Assembly (NCBI GenBank): GCA_965116925.1
Contig: OZ220744.1
Location: 5,952,001-6,016,000, forward strand
Reading direction: 5' to 3'
Source: Candidatus Poribacteria bacterium
Lineage (GTDB): Bacteria; Poribacteria; WGA-4E; PCPOR2b
DNA length: 64,000 nucleotides
The position numbers and the translations under genes are program-made. The notes under the pieces were generated by a model that did not search any database, was not told the DNA's origin, and worked only from the letters and a program-made list of their open reading frames with translations. Positions within the stretch are counted from its first letter, which is position 1, and every line of letters begins with the position of its first letter. Below, piece after piece: positions 8,797 to 16,378 of the stretch.

Positions 8797-9885
8797 TCAA
8801 TCCAACCAATTCGCATTTTCTGATTTTTGTAAATCTTCAGCGAAAGCCTTAAATGCGTCCCGTGGATGATTTACCCTTATGTTTGCCCCACAACTTGCCA
8901 AACCGGGGGGATCGCTTAATGCCTCCTCAAACTTAGCTCGTTCTTGGTCGAGATAACCTTTAGTCCAACCGACATAAATATCCGAGAGAATATCGTCCTT
9001 GAAAACCGTCAGTGTCTCGGCAAGTGCATCAATCTTCAGCTCCGGTTCATCCCGCTGATTTGGTCCGATGACATGACCGAAAATGTGATTGCCTCCTTTG
9101 GTCACCGCCAAGATTGTCAACGCCGGACTCACATCTGTGTAATGTAGCGATTGTTTCGCGCCACCTTCGAGGTGTGCGAGTCCGTCCAAAAGCGTACTGA
9201 TACGTTGAACGCGTGCTTCGTATGGGAGTCGGTAGGATTTTTCATCTTCGAGGTGTTCAAGATCCTGTGTTTGTGCCAGTCCAATCCGCACGTCATCAAG
9301 GTTTCGGTAGCCTGTTTTATTTCGGTAGGAGAATGTGCCCACGGCATGTAAATCGAGCGATAGAAGCCCTTTGAGGGTTGCACGATAGAATTGGTGTTCA
9401 TGAGGTACAGGGTCACCTTCATGACGTGACATTGTGCCAAAATCCTCGGTAACATTTGTTGGCGCGATGGAAACCAATGTACTCACGCGAAATGGCGATA
9501 CACGAGTAACCGTATCCGTGGTTTCAGTTTCGTTTGCCCGCGATTCATCTGCTTCCCGCTTCTCTTTAGCAGATGTCCTTTTAGACGGCGCACGCATATA
9601 ACCGAAAAGATCGTCGTCCCACCACTCAATTGGATTGGCGTCGGTATAAGCAACTTTTTCCTCTCGGTAGATTGGAGCGGGAGCCCAACCTTGTCCACCA
9701 TTTTCAAGGGTTGTACGCAGCCAATAACGAAATGACTGCGCTGATACATAGGGATAAGCACCCTGCTTCGTGCGAATCATCTTGACTCCCACGGTGTTAT
9801 CGGTGCGAGCACCAGGAATGCTTCCGAGATTATTAAGTGCAGATGCCGGTGCATCAATAAGCATCAAACCTGTTGCAAATGCCAT
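8797..9885 (-). CDS. cas7: Type I-B Cas7 (Cst2/DevR)
   Basis: PYVSAQSFRYWLR, DDLFGYM, RVSPF and GGAKQ motifs. Lies between cas8 and cas5. Confidence 0.95.
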   Translation of the reverse strand: MAFATGLMLIDAPASALNNLGSIPGARTDNTVGVKMIRTKQGAYPYVSAQSFRYWLRTTLENGGQGWAPAPIYREEKVAYTDANPIEWWDDDLFGYMRAPSKRTSAKEKREADESRANETETTDTVTRVSPFRVSTLVSIAPTNVTEDFGTMSRHEGDPVPHEHQFYRATLKGLLSLDLHAVGTFSYRNKTGYRNLDDVRIGLAQTQDLEHLEDEKSYRLPYEARVQRISTLLDGLAHLEGGAKQSLHYTDVSPALTILAVTKGGNHIFGHVIGPNQRDEPELKIDALAETLTVFKDDILSDIYVGWTKGYLDQERAKFEEALSDPPGLASCGANIRVNHPRDAFKAFAEDLQKSENANWLD

Positions 9886-9918
9886 GATATAAACCTCCTT
9901 GCAATTTGTGATAATTCG

Positions 9919-11415
9919 TTAGCTGTTTTCATCCTCGTTCTCTTGAGCGGTTTCTTCAACCAGATCAGGATTTTCGCCCAACCAGCCTTTCTCATGTAAC
10001 TGTTCAACCATCCGGATGAACACCAAGTCACGCGCCAGCCACCAGTCTGGACGTTCTAATCCGTACCCCTCTTCAAAAACTTCAATATATGGGTCAAGTT
10101 TGATAATCGGTGGATTACCACGGTTGACATGCTCCAGATTGGCACGGATTAGTAATCTACGTACGTCACTGGACCTACGTTGATGAAAAAAATCACGGAA
10201 GAAACGACGATCATTCTGACTACTGACATAATTCGCCAGTTGGTCGCCCATCTTGCGAATCTCCTCAATTCGTTCCTTTTCCATGTGAAATACCCTCCTT
10301 AAAAAAGATGCGATGATATTCCATGACACCAAATTCATCTCGTGTGTTAGTCCGTAGTTTCCCCGTGGGTCACCTTGGTTGACGCGACCGTAGCGGGACC
10401 GGCGACGCAAAAAGTAGGTCCGTAAAAATGCCTTTGCTCTGTCCGGCAAAAGAAACAAACCATCGTACAATCCTAAGACATCTTCATAAAGCCAATTTCG
10501 ACGCGGTTGGAATGGCTTATTATCTTTTTTTCGTTTATTTTGGGGTTCAGTCTCCCATGCACGATTGACGATTCCATTCCATTGTGTACGGTAATCTGCG
10601 CTCTGCATTTCACGCAGAAATCCAATAATTTGAAGCGGTAAGTGATAGATGTCCAAACCGACGCCCTGCCCGCTGTTTGTCAGGTGATATGCTGTGAGTG
10701 AGAAAGGCTCCTCATCTTGAAGCTCCTCCCGCTGTCTAATATCACCTTGAAGGAGTGTGTTAATTAGCAGTGTGCCGCGAGAGTTATGTGGTTCCTCTAT
10801 TTTCTTGCTGCCTGCTGCTTGGGCGAGAGCAATTGCTCTCTGATTTCCTTCTAGAAACGATCGGGCAAAATATAGCATAAGGTCTGGATTATCTGAATGC
10901 ACCGCAAGCAGGCGTCCTGCGGACTTTGCACATCCAAGTGGAAATGCCTGAATAGCGAGCAGTGCTTCACCTGAAACGGGTAAGCCTGCCTCACCATAGG
11001 CGTGGAAGTTGATAACATTTTCACCGGTGAGCAGTGGGATGTGTTGGCGAAAAGCGCGTCCCTGTGGCAGGGTCTCTTTTTCTCCAAATGCGATATTAAC
11101 GGCTGGCTTGCCTGTGAAAACACACACCTCATCATCAAGCAGGGGGGTATCATCGCTATAATTCCGCAGTACACGGGTTGCATACGCTGAACGCTTTTCG
11201 GGCGTTTTATTGTATGCTGGTTGCGTAAAGCCTGAATTTGGAAAAGCGACTGTCAAAAACGACTTGAGTGGGTCTCGGACGTATTCACGAGTGATATAGT
11301 CCGCAACTTCGTCAAGGTCAGTTTCTGTCAATTCATCAGGGTTTCGCTTGTCCACAAAAGCGGTAATTGTTGCAATTCCCACATCAACAAGTGGGTGTCC
11401 TGTGTATTTGAGCAT
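9919..11415 (-). CDS. cas8b1: Type I-B large subunit Cas8b1/Cst1
   Basis: YTGHPLVDVG start, FPNS, C-x-F-T-G, RQHIPLLTG..INF and C-terminal W.LARDL. First gene of the Cascade operon. Confidence 0.9.
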   Translation of the reverse strand: MLKYTGHPLVDVGIATITAFVDKRNPDELTETDLDEVADYITREYVRDPLKSFLTVAFPNSGFTQPAYNKTPEKRSAYATRVLRNYSDDTPLLDDEVCVFTGKPAVNIAFGEKETLPQGRAFRQHIPLLTGENVINFHAYGEAGLPVSGEALLAIQAFPLGCAKSAGRLLAVHSDNPDLMLYFARSFLEGNQRAIALAQAAGSKKIEEPHNSRGTLLINTLLQGDIRQREELQDEEPFSLTAYHLTNSGQGVGLDIYHLPLQIIGFLREMQSADYRTQWNGIVNRAWETEPQNKRKKDNKPFQPRRNWLYEDVLGLYDGLFLLPDRAKAFLRTYFLRRRSRYGRVNQGDPRGNYGLTHEMNLVSWNIIASFLRRVFHMEKERIEEIRKMGDQLANYVSSQNDRRFFRDFFHQRRSSDVRRLLIRANLEHVNRGNPPIIKLDPYIEVFEEGYGLERPDWWLARDLVFIRMVEQLHEKGWLGENPDLVEETAQENEDENS

Positions 11416-11447
11416 TCTACTTTAGTCTCCTTTCTTTTAAAACGGTA

Positions 11448-11480
11448 ATTATATCCCCGATTCCCGTCAGAACATGTCGG
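11448..11480 (-). promoter_or_regulatory. cas8 promoter: TATAAT -10 with an upstream inverted repeat CCGACA-N5-TGACGG (candidate WYL operator)
   Basis: Minus strand reads CCGACATGTTCTGACGG-GAATCGGGGA-TATAAT. No recognisable -35. Confidence 0.6.
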
Positions 11481-11566
11481 TGATCGGAAAATAGTGTAAT
11501 TTTTTAAGGATCTACCACATTTTTTTTTTCCTTCTCTTATCCATTCGATACTTCCCCAGGTCAAAT

Positions 11567-11602
11567 GTTATCAGCCTAAACACTGTAGGCAACGATTTTC
11601 TT
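11567..11602 (-). repeat. Degenerate solitary CRISPR-repeat-like unit upstream of cas8
   Basis: AAGAA AATCGTTG CCTA CAGTGTT TAGG CTGATAAC versus array GTTAC AATCCTTG CCCC GATGAAAA GGGG ACTGAAAG. Confidence 0.55.
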
Positions 11603-11703
11603 ACATTGCAAAACGGCACCAATTCTAATAAAATAGATACGTGACGATATGGGACACTATATTTTATAGCTGCCTATCCAATATCAGAGGAGTGTACCGT
11701 CCT

Positions 11704-11949
11704 ATGAAAGTGATCGAGTATATCGCAGAAGTATTACCCAACGGTTCTCTCGCACTGCCTGACGACATCCGAAAAGCGTTGGGATCGCAAACGCAAGTCA
11801 AAGTGACGTTAGCAGTGGAAACACCTTCGACCCCTGACCTCCAGAAGGGTTGGCAAATTTTCAAAGATCTTGGAAAAGATGCGGTTGCTGGGAAGCTGTC
11901 CAACACTTCGATAAATCATGACGAATACCTCTACGGTACACGGAAATGA
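11704..11949 (+). CDS. Small antitoxin-like protein (AbrB-like N-terminus, HDxYLY C-terminus), orphan
   Basis: GAGGAG RBS. NGSLALPDDIR hairpin motif. The C-terminal S.NHDEYLY resembles antitoxins found upstream of PIN toxins. The overlapping ATG (11946) ORF stops after 6 codons. Confidence 0.6.
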   Translation: MKVIEYIAEVLPNGSLALPDDIRKALGSQTQVKVTLAVETPSTPDLQKGWQIFKDLGKDAVAGKLSNTSINHDEYLYGTRK

Positions 11950-12236
11950 GCACCTCCTCTTTATAGGTCGGGTTTTCATACTCGATACCTATCAGAAATA
12001 ACCCAATAAACGACACACATGTCGCCCCTCTGGGGCTTTAGGATATGGAATTTCGGAATTGCTATACACATATCGCCCCGCTGGGGCTTTGGAGGCGGAG
12101 CAAGTTGAAAATCCCGATCGTATCGGGGATACCCGACCTACGCATATCGGGAGTTGACTTTTATCACGCTGCACGTAACTAGCAGCTTACGTTAAAATAG
12201 CGATCACAAGGGTTGTCCTTACCTTATCTCTAGGCT

Positions 12237-13175
12237 TTATTCAATCCGATATTTCCCCAACCCAAACGTTGCGTTTTTGCCGACGTGCAGAAACCTGCCC
12301 AACGCCGCGAATGGCATGAACGCCGCCAAATCGCCGTTATAGGTTACACACCCAACCAGTCCTCCGAGCTGCATCTTCTGATTCTGTCGTGAGGAGTAGC
12401 GTGTCCAGTCCTTCCATCGCAGGCTGCTCTGGACGGTTTGGATCGTTTCCGCCTGTGCGATGAGTCCCTTGAAATCGAGATCCAACGATTCGCCACAGTG
12501 GAAATATGCCAACGCCGAGATTCGCCCGATCAGTCGTCGCCAGAAGAGGTGGAACGGGAGTTGATCCGTTATTTGCCCCTTATGTGTGATCCGCGTGGGG
12601 GTGAGCAGGTGCACGGTCAACTGGTCGGTCGGTAGTGATGCTGCTTCGCCCTGAATCTCGTCGAAGCTGAGTGTGTTATTAAGGTTCTGTATCATCTGGG
12701 TTTCGCCATCGTAGACTGATTCGCCGTCCTCGGTCTGGACGTGGGTCAGTTGGAACCGTCCGCGTCCCTTGCCGATGCCGATCTCGCCTAGTTCGCGGAA
12801 GCTAACCAGAAAATAGGGGAGGTAGTCGATGGCGCGTCCGATCAGGGTCAGACGGAACACAAACGATTCTCCTCGCCGGTATTCGCCTCGTGTACTTAGG
12901 GGGTCGATCACGAAGGGTCTAGGCACGTCCCCATACGTCCTTAATTGTTGCGCGCCCTCGAATGGGGCGGTCTCGAAGATGTAGGGGTATGGGCACACGG
13001 CTTTGAGTGTGCAATCTCGGCAGTCAATTGGTCCTTGGGTACAGACCATCTTTCGGAAGGCGTGTCCGAATCCGCCGCGGAGTGTGGAACCGGCGTAGGG
13101 TGGCATCACAATTTTTGAGAGCGCGGTTAGGATTATATGGTAGCGTGCGATTCGGAAGTTCTGTAGTGGGTTCAT
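12237..13175 (-). CDS. cas6: CRISPR pre-crRNA processing endoribonuclease Cas6 (DUF2276-type RAMP)
   Basis: GSTLRGGFG, Cys cluster C..C..C...CPY, PRPFV and the C-terminal G-loop HVGKNATFGLG. Confidence 0.95.
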   Translation of the reverse strand: MNPLQNFRIARYHIILTALSKIVMPPYAGSTLRGGFGHAFRKMVCTQGPIDCRDCTLKAVCPYPYIFETAPFEGAQQLRTYGDVPRPFVIDPLSTRGEYRRGESFVFRLTLIGRAIDYLPYFLVSFRELGEIGIGKGRGRFQLTHVQTEDGESVYDGETQMIQNLNNTLSFDEIQGEAASLPTDQLTVHLLTPTRITHKGQITDQLPFHLFWRRLIGRISALAYFHCGESLDLDFKGLIAQAETIQTVQSSLRWKDWTRYSSRQNQKMQLGGLVGCVTYNGDLAAFMPFAALGRFLHVGKNATFGLGKYRIE

Positions 13176-13191
13176 TGGTGTTTCCTTTTCT

Positions 13192-13215
13192 CATATAGCC
13201 CGCTTTTCATCGCGG
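13192..13215 (-). repeat. CRISPR-repeat hairpin mimic in the cas6 5' UTR
   Basis: Minus strand CCGC GATGAAAA GCGG GCTATATG: same 8-nt loop as the array repeat and a compensatory stem pair. Confidence 0.7.
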
Positions 13216-13264
13216 TATGTAAGGGATGATGAGGAAAGCCTCAGAAACCGAGTTTTTCGGAAAT

Positions 13265-13287
13265 GGGCGGGGAAACCCCGCCCCTAC
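13265..13287. repeat. GTAG-type REP family B (GGGCGRGG-N3-YYCGCCCCTAC)
   Basis: Copies at 35583-35605, 39295-39317 and 46176-46198. Related GTAG hairpins near 1885, 1948, 5270, 20170, 35413, 39368 and 39568. Confidence 0.8.
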
Positions 13288-13295
13288 GGTTTCTG

Positions 13296-13320
13296 GGTAT
13301 AATCGGGAGTCATTATACCA
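13296..13320 (-). promoter_or_regulatory. cas6 extended -10 promoter (TGGTATAAT) inside a perfect GGTATAAT-N8-ATTATACC palindrome
   Basis: Read directly from the sequence, between the WYL stop and cas6. Confidence 0.55.
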
Positions 13321-13345
13321 TCCGAGAGTGCAATATATACGCACT

Positions 13346-14317
13346 TTACTTTTTATTGTAAATTTGCTGCATTTTTTTAATTTCCGCCTTGATCTCATGG
13401 CGGAGGCTTTCGGGTTCAACGACTTCTGCATGTGATCCGTAGCCCATCACCCACCGCTTCACTTCGCCCAACCCACCGACTCTCAGACGGAGTATCAGTT
13501 CACCGGAAGGCAGCTCCTCGATCTGTTGGCTGGGGTGCCATTCGCGTTCCCTGATCCAGCGTGCCTGATATTCGTCAAATTTGATGACGATATTTTCGGG
13601 TTCTGTCGCCCGTTCAGCGAGAAACCCAGCCTCTAAGTAGGCATTGAGTGAAAAATCCGGGGGGACTTGGAAAGAGGATAGTAGGTGTTTATACGCTTTG
13701 ATGCGGCTGGTGAGAAAGTCCCGGGGTTCGCGTCGGGTATGACAATAGGCGATTAAATACCAATCACCCTGAATGTTATGGAGATGGTATGGATCAACAA
13801 TGCGTGTGCTTGTTTGACCGCTACTCGCTGAATAGTACTCTATTTCAATTGAGTATCTTGAAAGGATAGCCTCGTTGAGTTCAAGCAGTAATTCTGGATC
13901 AACTATCGCTCTGCCGCCGCCTGTGAAGGTAAACGCAGCGGTTTTCCTTTGTGCATCGTAGCTTACACTCTCTGGCAGATGTTGTTTTATCTTATCGAGT
14001 GCGAGTCGAAGCGGCGTTTCAAAAGGAGTGCCCAGATACCGTCTAAATAATTCTTCTCCCAGAAAAAAAGCGGTAATTTCTTCGCTTGTCAGCATTATTG
14101 CAGGAAGGAAATAGGTGGGATCCGTGTAGTACCAACCGTTTCTGGTTCTGTCATATTTGATAGGCGCGCCAAAGCGGTTTATCAGAAATTTCCTATCTTC
14201 GTAGGCGATTCGGGTGCTGCGGAGTTCAAAGTGTGCCTGGACTGTATGGGCGTTTGGATACCTTTCTCTTTGAATCTGATCATCAATCCAGTAAATTCTT
14301 TCCAGCTTGGTAGACAT
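13346..14317 (-). CDS. HTH-WYL-WCX transcriptional regulator associated with the cas locus
   Basis: N-terminal winged HTH, WYL motif GDWYLIAYCH..R..RDF...RI and C-terminal WCX (WVMGYGSHAEVVEPESLR). Confidence 0.93.
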   Translation of the reverse strand: MSTKLERIYWIDDQIQRERYPNAHTVQAHFELRSTRIAYEDRKFLINRFGAPIKYDRTRNGWYYTDPTYFLPAIMLTSEEITAFFLGEELFRRYLGTPFETPLRLALDKIKQHLPESVSYDAQRKTAAFTFTGGGRAIVDPELLLELNEAILSRYSIEIEYYSASSGQTSTRIVDPYHLHNIQGDWYLIAYCHTRREPRDFLTSRIKAYKHLLSSFQVPPDFSLNAYLEAGFLAERATEPENIVIKFDEYQARWIREREWHPSQQIEELPSGELILRLRVGGLGEVKRWVMGYGSHAEVVEPESLRHEIKAEIKKMQQIYNKK

Positions 14318-14508
14318 TTGGTGTGATTTCCTTTCGCCTTAGTAGGGATTTACTCATGATATACACATGGTGCCCCACTGGGGCTAAAAAACTTGGGATG
14401 TCCTTGGTGCTATACACATATCACACCTCTGGGGCTATGTTGTTTCATTGGTGTTGGGTTTTACTGTCGTTCAACCCAACCTACGAGAATTACTGTTATA
14501 TACAAAAA

Positions 14509-14538
14509 GGTTACGGCATACGGAGTATGCCTACTACT
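14509..14538. repeat. REP family C GGTTACGGCATACGGAGTATGCCTACTACT
   Basis: Near-identical copies at 39419-39448 and 50329-50358. Internal hairpin GGCATAC/GTATGCC. Confidence 0.85.
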
Positions 14539-14779
14539 TTGTAAGATCGGGATTCCATGTCTTAAAAGATACAGGATAGACCAACCATAGTGCAAATTTA
14601 AAAATGGCAGTTTGAAACTAATAGTTTGACTCTGCAAAAAATAACTTGGTTCATATAAAAAGAAGGTGTAAAGCGTGAAGAGAAACCGAGTTTTTTCTTC
14701 AAAACTCGGTTTCTGTGTTGGAGATTGTTTGAAACGGTTCGGTGGGAGGCGAAATTACTGAGAGAGGTAAGGGTGGGTA

Positions 14780-15292
14780 TTAAGCGTTGCTCCAATCATA
14801 TTCGTGAACGACCTGCTCTCCCGTACCAATTTCGTTGAGTTCGAGAAGGTTGCCATCCGGATCATAAAAGAAAAGCACATGCCATTCACCTTCACCGGCG
14901 AAACGGACGGGTGGCGAGACAAATTCTACGCCCGCCGCCTTCAACCGTTCATAGGTGGCTGGGACATCTTCGACGGCAAAGCAGATATGTGCACTCGGTA
15001 CGTGGTTGATGGGGTAGCGTTGGGCAGGGCTGGTGGGATTGAGCCATTGGATAAGATCCAGTGTGAAGCCCGGTCCTTCATTTCGGGTGTGGCCATGGAT
15101 CCCATCGGGTGCACGGAGCCGGTATTCGCGCATGTGTACCTTGGGGATTGCAACCATTTCGGAGATTGGACCGTCGTTGTGTTCTTCAGGGGAGACAACT
15201 TCTAGCCCCAGTAAGTCGCGATAGAAGTGGAGTGACTTCTCCAGATCGCTGACCATGACTGCAACGTGGTCGATTTTAATCGTAGCATTCAT
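14780..15292 (-). CDS. VOC/glyoxalase family protein (methylmalonyl-CoA epimerase-like fold)
   Basis: IDHVAVMVSDLE, AHICFAV and FYDPDGNLLEL motifs. Confidence 0.85.
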   Translation of the reverse strand: MNATIKIDHVAVMVSDLEKSLHFYRDLLGLEVVSPEEHNDGPISEMVAIPKVHMREYRLRAPDGIHGHTRNEGPGFTLDLIQWLNPTSPAQRYPINHVPSAHICFAVEDVPATYERLKAAGVEFVSPPVRFAGEGEWHVLFFYDPDGNLLELNEIGTGEQVVHEYDWSNA

Positions 15293-15525
15293 AGGGTTGT
15301 TCCTTTCTAATCTGTGTTTAGATTTCTTGTCTCTAGTAGATACGCAAAAGTGAGTCTGAGTCTACAGGTTTAACTGACTGATTAACGCATCCGTAATTAG
15401 CAGTTCAATCGGTGAGTTATCCACAATTACCTGGCAAAATCTAACAAAATCTAACACTTTTGACAAAAATTCTGTCAAATCCCGGTTGTAGGAAACGACG
15501 ATACACCCTAACGACTCAGATTAGA

Positions 15526-16272
15526 CTATTTCGTCGTATATCCACCGTCGACTGTCATCACGGAGCCTGTGACATATGACGACTCATCGCTTGCCAAGAA
15601 TAGGGCGGCGGAGGCGACTTCTATCGGTTCTGCAAAACGACCAAACAGATTCGCCTTGCGATACGGTGCGAGATGTTCCTCTGGGATGTTTGCTGCCATC
15701 GGTGTGTTCATAGATCCGGGACAGATTGCGTTGCCCCGGATATGTTCTTCGGCATGGTCACACGCCATGGCTCTGACTAGTCCGATGATGCCGTGCTTAG
15801 AGGCATTGTAGGACGCCTGATTTGGCTGTCCGACGAGACCTGAAATGGACGAGATACAGATAATGCTCCCACCTCCCTGACGGCGCATCCGTGGGATAGC
15901 AGCCCTTGAACACAGGAAGGTGCCTTTGAGGTTCACCCCCAGCACGTAATCCCACTCCTCTTCGGTGGTGTCGGGGACGTTCTTCTCAACCTGTACCCCT
16001 GCATTATTGACTAAGACATCGACGCCGCCGTAGGTATCAACGGCTGCAGCAATCATGCGCTCTGCGTCGTCCCCCTTGGAAACATCCGCCCGGACAAAAA
16101 TCGCGTCGCCGCCTTCCTTGCGGATAGCGTCCACTGTTTCCTCTCCAGCCTCCCTGTTGATGTCGGGAACGACAATTTTGGCACCTTCGCGGCTGAATAG
16201 CAGCCCCATCGCTTGACCTAACCCCATACCTGAGCCGGTAATGACGGCAACTTTATCCTTCAGTCGTGACAT
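15526..16272 (-). CDS. Short-chain dehydrogenase/reductase
   Basis: TGxxxGxG, NNAG and YxxSK motifs. Confidence 0.95.
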   Translation of the reverse strand: MSRLKDKVAVITGSGMGLGQAMGLLFSREGAKIVVPDINREAGEETVDAIRKEGGDAIFVRADVSKGDDAERMIAAAVDTYGGVDVLVNNAGVQVEKNVPDTTEEEWDYVLGVNLKGTFLCSRAAIPRMRRQGGGSIICISSISGLVGQPNQASYNASKHGIIGLVRAMACDHAEEHIRGNAICPGSMNTPMAANIPEEHLAPYRKANLFGRFAEPIEVASAALFLASDESSYVTGSVMTVDGGYTTK

Positions 16273-16378
16273 CGGCTTCTACCTCCTCTCTGTTCAAAAA
16301 TAGTTCATGTAAAAGGAAAGTGTGAATTACGAAGAGAAACCGAGTTTTGAAGAAAAAACTCGGTTTCTGTTTCATGAT

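Noticed and set aside
8732..8809. N-terminal extensions of cas5 (and of cas3, cas1, cytochrome b, ADH and others) in the ORF track
   Set aside because: They run through REP or intergenic DNA, and downstream ATGs have clear RBSs.
11420..11438. AAAGGAGACTAAAG resembling the repeat 3' end directly before cas8
   Set aside because: Explained by the cas8 RBS, and no hairpin can form.
14330..14353. Small hairpin plus CGAAAG before the WYL start
   Set aside because: Only a 3-bp stem with the wrong geometry, and GAAAGGA is the RBS.
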